From IMG/VR virus record IMGVR_UViG_3300045988_125893: a stretch of DNA of 64,000 nt; one strand, 5' to 3'. The stretch is from a virus. Position numbers and translations under genes: made by a program. This document shows, one piece after another, positions 27,753-35,268 of this stretch. A model generated the notes under the pieces. It did no database searches. It had not been told where the DNA came from and worked only from the letters and a program-made list of their open reading frames with translations. Within the stretch, counting starts at the first letter, position 1. The number at the start of each line of letters is the position of its first letter.

Positions 27753-28848
27753 GATAGATATAAGAAGGATATTCAAGACCTCTAAACAGGTTATGGAGGA
27801 GGCGTATGAGAATATCTTGAAATACAGGCGGGGAGAGCTTATCCCCGCTAAAACCGGATACGATTATATTGATGAGGCTTTGCTTGGAGGTATTTTCCCT
27901 CAGCATGCTATTGCCATAGGAGCTCGGCCATCTGTGGGTAAATCGTATGTGGCTCAAAAGATATTGGAAAATGTGATGAATCCGATGATTAACCCGCAAG
28001 CAGAAGATTATTTTCTTGTCAATTGCGAGTTCGAAATGAATCCTCAAGATCTTCTTCTTCGTAGAATGAGCCAGGATATGAAAAAAAGAGCTCCTGAAAT
28101 ATTAAGAAGGCAGGAATCTAATACGATAGAAGAGACGAGAATGTTTGAAATCCTTCAAGGTGAAATCAGAAATAATATAATATACATTGATGCTCCATGT
28201 ACGGTAAAAGAGTTTGAGGCGGCTGTGTATCATATAGCTACCAAACACAAAGACAAACGTCTTATAATATTTAAAGTCGATCATATTGCTTTGATAAAAA
28301 GAATGGGATTGGATCCTAAGTCGGCTATAGATGATTTGGTGGCGGTTATGAACGAGGCTAAATTAGTGTATAAAAACATATTTTTTCTCATTATATCCCA
28401 ATTCAACAGAGAGATAGAAGGACGGATAAAAAGTCCCCAAGAGCAGCCTCCCCGTCTTTCTGACTTTTATCAGTCTGATACGCTGGGACAACTATGTACG
28501 TTAATGATAGGCTTGCATAATCCTCGCAGATACGGACTGGATAAGTATATGATATTTGGGAAAGATTGGTATCAGACTCTTGACCGGTTTAAAACTGAAA
28601 ACAAAACATCATTCAGGACAGCCGGACTGGTGTTTCATCATATACTGAAGGTAAGGCAAGTTAGTATGGAAGAGCTTACTAATACAATCCACCCAGAGAT
28701 CCTGCCGGGGCATGGATGGATGTACGGGGAGGGCGGGACGAAGTTCGTGAACCCCAACCAGCCGCCGACGCCGCCCAAGATCTATACTGTGGAAGATGTT
28801 ACGGACAATCAAGAACAAGAAACAAAGGAAGAACAGTCAGTATATTAA
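27721..28848 (+). CDS. DnaB-family replicative helicase (RecA-like C-terminal domain only)
   Basis: KTGYDYIDEALLGGIFPQHAIAIGARPSVGKSYVAQ matches DnaB linker plus Walker A (ARPSxGKS); 375 aa. Confidence 0.8.
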   Translation: MTKMHEEIANKIDIRRIFKTSKQVMEEAYENILKYRRGELIPAKTGYDYIDEALLGGIFPQHAIAIGARPSVGKSYVAQKILENVMNPMINPQAEDYFLVNCEFEMNPQDLLLRRMSQDMKKRAPEILRRQESNTIEETRMFEILQGEIRNNIIYIDAPCTVKEFEAAVYHIATKHKDKRLIIFKVDHIALIKRMGLDPKSAIDDLVAVMNEAKLVYKNIFFLIISQFNREIEGRIKSPQEQPPRLSDFYQSDTLGQLCTLMIGLHNPRRYGLDKYMIFGKDWYQTLDRFKTENKTSFRTAGLVFHHILKVRQVSMEELTNTIHPEILPGHGWMYGEGGTKFVNPNQPPTPPKIYTVEDVTDNQEQETKEEQSVY

Positions 28849-28860
28849 AAAAAGAAACGT

Positions 28861-29463
28861 ATGAGACTTACCGTAGAAGAAAACGAGTACCTGATAAGTA
28901 AGTTCCTTTTGGTTCTTACTGAGTTTGCAGGGGATGAGAGAGAGATGTTTTTAATCAACTCCATACATGACAAGGCGGTAGCGGATATGAATTATCGTCT
29001 TCCGTCTTTAATAAGCAGAGAGCGTAAAAGACGAGTCATTGAGCTTCTTAAAGAAGGAACCAGAATAATCAAGGACTTTTCAGGTTATGCAGGTGATATG
29101 GGTATGATTAACGAATACGATCGTCTAAAGAAAGAAATAGGAACCGTCCAAGACCAACTTGGTGACGTAGAAGGTCAACTTCGGGCAGCAGGAGAAGTTA
29201 TTAAAAAAGAACTTGATATGATTGCTGACCGAATAAAAGAAGATCTTCTTGATCGGGAACTGGCTAAAAGTAATGCCGAGGCTGAAAGAAAAGCCAAAGT
29301 AGATCCGAGATACGAAGTGGCTTTAGGCGATTACAAGGAAATGTTGGAAGTAATTTTTACAACCAGGAACAAGTATTCTACGGTAGATTCTGTACATGAC
29401 GATCTTCGCCAGTCGGTATCTACCGGTAGAAATTCGATTATTAAAGAAGGATACAACAGTTAA
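28861..29463 (+). CDS. hypothetical coiled-coil protein
   Basis: ORF 200 aa. Confidence 0.6.
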   Translation: MRLTVEENEYLISKFLLVLTEFAGDEREMFLINSIHDKAVADMNYRLPSLISRERKRRVIELLKEGTRIIKDFSGYAGDMGMINEYDRLKKEIGTVQDQLGDVEGQLRAAGEVIKKELDMIADRIKEDLLDRELAKSNAEAERKAKVDPRYEVALGDYKEMLEVIFTTRNKYSTVDSVHDDLRQSVSTGRNSIIKEGYNS

Positions 29464-29477
29464 AACAAGGAGGAAAT

Positions 29478-29675
29478 ATGGAAAAGAAGGAACTTAAAGT
29501 AGGAGAAACGTTTACTGCCGGATTTATAAGATTGAAATGTGTGGAAGGTGATACATGCGATGGGTGTATATTCGAAGATTACGATTCTTGTTCATGTACA
29601 GACATAATTATTGGTTCATGTGGACATATTGATAGACAAGATGGCAAGAATGTTATTTTTATTAAAGCTGATTAG
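29478..29675 (+). CDS. hypothetical Cys-containing small protein
   Basis: ORF 65 aa; AAGGAGG SD upstream. Confidence 0.5.
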   Translation: MEKKELKVGETFTAGFIRLKCVEGDTCDGCIFEDYDSCSCTDIIIGSCGHIDRQDGKNVIFIKAD

Positions 29676-29677
29676 GT

Positions 29678-30391
29678 ATGTACATCAATTTCAGACAACT
29701 TGCAGCATCAGACATGACTCCTAATGATCTTGCTAATCTTCTTGCCATAAGACAGAAGGATGCGGTTATGATCGAAGTCATGCCGGAAGAAGATGCTGGT
29801 AGATATATAGAACTTGGCCTGGTTGAGAAATTAAAATCAGGTGTGATGAGATTAACCAACAAAGGAACGTCTTTTGTGAATTATATAGAGACACCGGAAA
29901 TGACGGACGAGGTTCTGGAAACGTTGAAGATTATGATAGGAATGTACGAATCATATTCGAAAGACATAGGTGTCAGCAGAAAAGAAGCAGAATCCAGGTT
30001 ATGTTGGTTTATGGGTAATACTTCATTTAAGAAAGAGGTCATACTTCAGGTAACGGAGTCTTATATAGCAGAGTCAGGAGATTACACAATGAGCTTATGT
30101 AACTTCATATGGAAACCGCCTTCTCAAGCTTTTTCAGTCCATATGAACCTTAAAAACTCAAAGCTCTTTGACTTAATAGCTGAAAAATTTAAGATCGCTA
30201 CCGAGCCTTATTTGGAGCCTAAGAAGAATAAGGAAATGGATTGGTTGTTTGCTGTATCTAAATTGCCTACGCCTCCGGCTAAAGGCAATCCGGATTATTT
30301 GTTTACCGGAAGTTCGGAAACAGACAAAGAGCGATTGAAAAACATAAAAACGTATTTATTTAACAAAATTAGAAAGCAATGGAAAAAGTAA
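29678..30391 (+). CDS. hypothetical protein
   Basis: ORF 237 aa. Confidence 0.6.
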   Translation: MYINFRQLAASDMTPNDLANLLAIRQKDAVMIEVMPEEDAGRYIELGLVEKLKSGVMRLTNKGTSFVNYIETPEMTDEVLETLKIMIGMYESYSKDIGVSRKEAESRLCWFMGNTSFKKEVILQVTESYIAESGDYTMSLCNFIWKPPSQAFSVHMNLKNSKLFDLIAEKFKIATEPYLEPKKNKEMDWLFAVSKLPTPPAKGNPDYLFTGSSETDKERLKNIKTYLFNKIRKQWKK

Positions 30392-30732
30392 AAATCAGAG
30401 AGATAATAGAGGATATAGTTATTACTCATTTTCTCTATTCAGTAATAGAGCTGGTTCATGAAGAAGATGTATCATTTGAAGAGCTTGAATTAGATTCTCT
30501 TGATAAAATTGAACTTGTGGTGGAGGTAGAAAAAGAGTTTGGTATTCTTATTTATGATAACGAGATGGATAATATTAAATCCATTAAAGATATGACTGAT
30601 CTTGTTTACAAAATAAAAACAGAAGGACATGGGAAGTGGTATAATTTTATGCATGGCTTTGATAGCATCATTTGCTTTTATCATACAATTCTTACTATCG
30701 GTGTTAGGGTCCGATTTAGATACAGATATTGA
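30379..30732 (+). CDS. acyl carrier protein-like protein
   Basis: LELDSLDKIELVVEVEKEFGILIYDNE...SIKDMTDLVYKI aligns with AcpP [28 protein letters not shown]...TVQAAIDYI, including the DSL phosphopantetheine serine; C-terminal ~35 aa overlaps next gene. Confidence 0.7.
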   Translation: MEKVKIREIIEDIVITHFLYSVIELVHEEDVSFEELELDSLDKIELVVEVEKEFGILIYDNEMDNIKSIKDMTDLVYKIKTEGHGKWYNFMHGFDSIICFYHTILTIGVRVRFRYRY

Positions 30733-31123
30733 TATTGATGATGCTTCGGATTTAAGTATGTCCTTATCAGACATCATATCATTTAAAGGGATCACACATT
30801 TTATTCTTGGATATAGTTGGACCACATACTTTTCGGGCTCTCATTTGGTAGGGGTCATAATAGGGTCATTTTTCTTTATCGTTTTGTTTTATGTATATAA
30901 GTTGCTTCTTAAGCTAAAACAAGAAACAATATACGAATGTCCAGAAGATTTAAATGGTAGAGAAGTGGAAATAGTATTTAGATCAGGGAAAGATCATTAT
31001 ATGGTAAATATTACCAGAAATGGAAGACAGGAACAAATAAGAGTAAGATGCTTGTCTGGGAAAAATTACAAAAACGGTGACAAGGTGAATATAAAATACG
31101 AAGAAGGAGAATTAAGTATCTAA
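30629..31123 (+). CDS. NfeD-like membrane protein (YuaF/YqiJ-type partner of flotillin)
   Basis: two TM segments, acidic linker DLDTDIDIDD, C-terminal beta-barrel-like EVEIVFRSG..MVNITRNG..IRVRC..GDKVNIKYEEGELSI; directly upstream of SPFH gene; alternative start 30653. Confidence 0.7.
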   Translation: MGSGIILCMALIASFAFIIQFLLSVLGSDLDTDIDIDDASDLSMSLSDIISFKGITHFILGYSWTTYFSGSHLVGVIIGSFFFIVLFYVYKLLLKLKQETIYECPEDLNGREVEIVFRSGKDHYMVNITRNGRQEQIRVRCLSGKNYKNGDKVNIKYEEGELSI

Positions 31124-31157
31124 TTTTTTTATATCAACAAATTAAATTTTAAAAGTT

Positions 31158-32858
31158 ATGACAACAATTATGTACGTATCAGCAATTTTAGCTGTAGTGA
31201 TTATTTTGACGATCATCGGGATCTTATCAAGGTATCGTAGATGTAAGCCTAATCAGGTCTTGGTCGTTTATGGTAAGACAGGTGGGGAAAAGAAATCGGC
31301 GAAATTGTATCATGGTGGAGCGGCATTTGTATTGCCTATTATTCAAAGCTATGATATTTTGTCTATGGAACCTATGCAAATAGATTGCAGGCTTACCGGC
31401 GCTTTGTCATCTCAAAATATCAGAGTGGATGTACCTACTACTATTACGGTAGCGATCAGCACAAATCCTGAAATCATGCAGAATGCAGCAGAAAGACTTT
31501 TGGGGATGGATACTGAATCTACTGAAAATCTTATTACGGATATCGTTTATGGCCAAATGCGTTTGATCATTGCTGAAATGACGATTGAAAAACTTAATTC
31601 TGATAGGGATGAGTTTTTAGACAAAGCAAGAAAGAACATTGATAACGAGCTTAACAAGTTGGGTCTTTACCTTTTGAATATTAACATCAGCGACATCAGG
31701 GACGAAGCTGGCTATATCATGAATCTTGGCAAAGAAGCTGAAAGTAAGGCCCTGAACGAAGCACAGGCTAATATCGAAGAACAGGAAAAGCTGGGTGCTA
31801 TTAAAATTGCTGTACAACAGAAAGAAAAAGAAACGGCTGTAGCCAATACCCAAAAAGAACAAGAGATTCAAATTGCTTATACTGAAAAAGAAAAGGAAAC
31901 GGTAGTAGCTGAAACAAGGAAAGAAAAAGAAGTAGCTTTGGCTTTAACCGACAAAGAAAAACAGATTGGTGTAGCCCAAGCAGACAGAGATAGGGCTGCG
32001 GTTATTGCAAAGACTTTGGCTGACAAAGAATCGGCGATCGCAAGATCTAAGGCAGAACTTGAGGTAAACAAAGCTGAGGCTGAAAGAATGGAAGAAGTCG
32101 GGAAGAATAAGGCTGAGGCTGATAAACAAGCAGCTATAGCAATCCAAGATTCCGAAGCTCAGATCAAGAAAGCCGAAGCTGAGAAAAACGCATCTGTGGG
32201 TTATAACAATGCCCAGAAAGAGGTTGCTATATCAGAATCAGAATTACAGGTTATCAAAGCTCAATCAGAAAAGAAGGCCGGAGAAGAGAGAGTTAAGTCG
32301 GAAGCGGCTGTAAAAACGGCAAAAGAGCTTGCTGATAAAGAAGTGGAAGAGGCTAAGGCTGAGAAAGTTCAAGCTGCGCTTCGAGCTGAAAAGATTGTGC
32401 CGGCTGAAACCCAAAAGCAAGAAGCCATTCTGCAAGCTGATGCTGAAGCAGAAAAGATTAAACGCCGGGCTGCCGCTGAAGCAGCAGCTAATTTGGCAAA
32501 AGCAGAAGCCGAAGCAAAGGCTATTAAGATGAAGTTGGAAGCAGAAGCCGAAGGTAAGAAAAAGTCGTTGATGGCAGAAGCAGAGGGATTTAAGGCTATG
32601 GTGGAAGCAGCAGAATCGAATCCTCAGATTGCTATCCAGTATAAGATGGTTAATCAGTGGAAAGAAATAGCCGGAGAACAGGTCAAGGCATTTGAACACA
32701 TTAATCTTGGAAATATTACGGTATTTGATGGAGGTCAGAATAGTACCGGTAATTTCCTTAACAATGTTGTTAAAACCGTCGCTCCGGCATTGGGAGTAAT
32801 TGATCAGCTTCCTATTGCAGATACTTTAAAGAAGTTAAAAGGAGATGATAAGAAATAA
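31158..32858 (+). CDS. flotillin-like SPFH/band-7 protein (FloT/YqiK-like)
   Basis: N-terminal TM helix, SPFH core, long Ala/Glu/Lys-rich KEKE coiled-coil repeats; 566 aa. Confidence 0.85.
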   Translation: MTTIMYVSAILAVVIILTIIGILSRYRRCKPNQVLVVYGKTGGEKKSAKLYHGGAAFVLPIIQSYDILSMEPMQIDCRLTGALSSQNIRVDVPTTITVAISTNPEIMQNAAERLLGMDTESTENLITDIVYGQMRLIIAEMTIEKLNSDRDEFLDKARKNIDNELNKLGLYLLNINISDIRDEAGYIMNLGKEAESKALNEAQANIEEQEKLGAIKIAVQQKEKETAVANTQKEQEIQIAYTEKEKETVVAETRKEKEVALALTDKEKQIGVAQADRDRAAVIAKTLADKESAIARSKAELEVNKAEAERMEEVGKNKAEADKQAAIAIQDSEAQIKKAEAEKNASVGYNNAQKEVAISESELQVIKAQSEKKAGEERVKSEAAVKTAKELADKEVEEAKAEKVQAALRAEKIVPAETQKQEAILQADAEAEKIKRRAAAEAAANLAKAEAEAKAIKMKLEAEAEGKKKSLMAEAEGFKAMVEAAESNPQIAIQYKMVNQWKEIAGEQVKAFEHINLGNITVFDGGQNSTGNFLNNVVKTVAPALGVIDQLPIADTLKKLKGDDKK

Positions 32859-32865
32859 ATGTAAC

Positions 32866-32890
32866 GGCCCAAGGTTAAACTTGGGCCTAA
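32866..32890 (+). terminator. hairpin ggcccaag-gttaaa-cttgggcc after flotillin gene
   Basis: perfect 8-bp stem; weak T-tract. Confidence 0.5.
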
Positions 32891-33075
32891 TTGAAGAACT
32901 AAAAAGAGGGATTATAGATTTTATGCCAGCAGGAATAGTGATTTTTAGTGCTTCCTTATTTACGATATTTATAATATGGATTTCGGACAAGATTTAGAAC
33001 CAGAAGAACTAACTGAACATTATGATCAGTGTTATGATATTGATTTTGAAACAAAAGAAGTAGAAGAAGAGGAAT

Positions 33076-33384
33076 ATGACTGACGAGGAATTTGCATTAG
33101 ATAATAAAAATGATAAGATAATTATCAAGAAAAAGATATCTTACTTAAGTAAGGGTGATAAGGTGTGGATCGTGTCTTCGGATGGGTATCTGTTGCACAC
33201 AGACATTGTGCGTAGGGATCGTGGCAGATCTTATGTGGACATAGACGGAATACTGTATTGGAAACGAGGATTGGATGGCAAACATCGTAATCGTAGCAAC
33301 TATATGCAGTTTGCTATGACACCAGAAGACGGAAAGAAATATGTTACTTGTTATCCTGAAGGATTTAAAGATGATAGTTTATGA
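33076..33384 (+). CDS. hypothetical protein
   Basis: ORF 102 aa. Confidence 0.55.
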   Translation: MTDEEFALDNKNDKIIIKKKISYLSKGDKVWIVSSDGYLLHTDIVRRDRGRSYVDIDGILYWKRGLDGKHRNRSNYMQFAMTPEDGKKYVTCYPEGFKDDSL

Positions 33385-34400
33385 TAGTACCTAATACACA
33401 TCTGCTATATAAGGAATTTAATGGCATAAAACGTCTTGCTATATCTTATTCTCAGATAGATACGTTTTTAACATGCCCAATGAAATGGTATAAAACTTAT
33501 ATAGAAGGAAAGAGATCTACAGAAAAGCAGGAGGCTACATCTTATGGTACGGTCATTCACAAGACATTGGAATACTTTTTTAAAAACGGGAAACAGCCTT
33601 CTGGTAAAGATCTTGGGGAAGCTATAAGTTACTATGCTTACCAAGAAGACATACCTTGGCAATCGCCAGAGAATATGATGATAGCCATGAAGCAATCTGG
33701 AGAGCTTCTTGCTTGGATTGTGGATCTTTTTAAAAAAGACGGGAATAGGTTTATGATAGCTGATAGTGATCTTAATCCTTGTGAGAAACTTATAAGACAT
33801 GGTGATATAGTTGGAGTCGAAGAAGATTTTGTGCTGCCGTACCGCCTTCCTGAGCCAGTTGATATAAATGGGACCGTTCATACTCATGTGTATATAGTGG
33901 GGTCGGTGGACCTTCATCTGGCTATAAAAAGCAAAGGAGTGATCCATCATTATGTCATAGATTGGAAATCGGGGAATAAGGTTTTTGATTCTAAGAAGCT
34001 GGAAACAAATTTACAGCATCCTATATATTCGTTTTACATCTATAGAAGATATGGTGGGGTTCTACCAGATATGAACATCTATTTCTTTACCAGGACAAGG
34101 CAGTACCAAAAGGTTAAAGTAGATGAAGAACGTAAAATAAAATCTATAGAGATGCTAAATGACACTTTATCTAAAATGTATGATTTTGAAGATAATAGTG
34201 TAAAAACATTTCAAGCATACATCCAGGGAGCAGAAGGGGCCAGGTATAGCAAGCGGCGTGCCACCCTAAGCGAGCCTGTTCCGCAAAACAAGCTGCCCTG
34301 CCCGTCGGCACTGTGTTATTATTGCGATTTTGGATTACATAACAAAAATGAATGCCCTTTCTCTTCAGATTGGGATCCGTCTAAAAAGGTAAAACAATGA
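33381..34400 (+). CDS. Cas4-like / RecB-family PD-(D/E)XK exonuclease with Cys cluster
   Basis: N-terminal SYSQIDTFLTCPMKWY; VGSVDL, IDWKSG (D..K), QHPIY (QxxxY) motifs; C-terminal CPSALCYYC...ECPF matching the 1+3 Cys arrangement of Cas4-like nucleases. Confidence 0.65.
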   Translation: MIVPNTHLLYKEFNGIKRLAISYSQIDTFLTCPMKWYKTYIEGKRSTEKQEATSYGTVIHKTLEYFFKNGKQPSGKDLGEAISYYAYQEDIPWQSPENMMIAMKQSGELLAWIVDLFKKDGNRFMIADSDLNPCEKLIRHGDIVGVEEDFVLPYRLPEPVDINGTVHTHVYIVGSVDLHLAIKSKGVIHHYVIDWKSGNKVFDSKKLETNLQHPIYSFYIYRRYGGVLPDMNIYFFTRTRQYQKVKVDEERKIKSIEMLNDTLSKMYDFEDNSVKTFQAYIQGAEGARYSKRRATLSEPVPQNKLPCPSALCYYCDFGLHNKNECPFSSDWDPSKKVKQ

Positions 34401-34570
34401 AATACGAAGACATTCAAAAGTTAAGAACAAAATACCGGCAAGATCCGGAAGTTATAAACATAGAAGACATGCGAAACGTTGCTGTAAGATGCGGGAATTT
34501 CAAGAAAGCATTTGAGCTTCAAGAAAAGCTGGAGGATATATGGTTTAACTACTTAAAAGGAATACAATGA
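34397..34570 (+). CDS. micro-ORF, 57 aa (MKYEDIQKLRTKYRQDPEVINIED...)
   Basis: fills gap between 34400 and 34567, ATGA-type coupling on both sides. Confidence 0.35.
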   Translation: MKYEDIQKLRTKYRQDPEVINIEDMRNVAVRCGNFKKAFELQEKLEDIWFNYLKGIQ

Positions 34571-34887
34571 AAGAAGTTTTAATGGTTGGAGTAATGGCCT
34601 TTTTCTCATCATACTTGTTTATGACAGCTCTTATAAAAATAAGTAGAGCAGTAGATCGTTATAAGATGAAGAAGAAAACTGACAAAATCAAAGTTGGGCA
34701 ACGATATGAATCAAGAAACTTTTTTATGGATCCGTATGAAAGAGGGAAGCATATTGTTAGGATACTGGATATAAACAACGGATATGCGTTGTATAAGTAC
34801 GAATCTGGTTCTAATACGTTATATTCTACAGAACTTGAAGATATTGTTAAAAGATATGTTTTAATTACCGACGTTAAACACAAGTAA
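34567..34887 (+). CDS. hypothetical protein with N-terminal TM helix
   Basis: ORF 106 aa. Confidence 0.5.
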   Translation: MKEVLMVGVMAFFSSYLFMTALIKISRAVDRYKMKKKTDKIKVGQRYESRNFFMDPYERGKHIVRILDINNGYALYKYESGSNTLYSTELEDIVKRYVLITDVKHK

Positions 34888-34890
34888 GTC

Positions 34891-35268
34891 ATGAAAAAAG
34901 AAGTTACAATCAAGGAGGACATGGCTGCGTTTTATAGAAATGCAGGAAAGGAACTATGGATTTATAACGGACTTTTTAGAAACAAGGTATTGTCTATAAA
35001 AAAAGATAAAGCCATTATCATGTGTGAAACTGATGCTGAATATTCTGTGCTGATAGAAGATAATCAGTTTATTGCCGTAGCAAAAAACATGGATTATGAT
35101 TACTGCTGCGCATTCACATTAGGTAATGCCGAGGCTTATGGAGATCGTATGGGTATATCGTGCAGTGTATGCTTGCTTGAGGATAACGAAGATAAAGCAA
35201 GAGAGATGCTAAAGGAGGCAATAATAGAACTTTCAAAAAACAGTAAAATAGATTGCGATGGGCTTTGA
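34891..35268 (+). CDS. hypothetical protein
   Basis: ORF 125 aa. Confidence 0.55.
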   Translation: MKKEVTIKEDMAAFYRNAGKELWIYNGLFRNKVLSIKKDKAIIMCETDAEYSVLIEDNQFIAVAKNMDYDYCCAFTLGNAEAYGDRMGISCSVCLLEDNEDKAREMLKEAIIELSKNSKIDCDGL

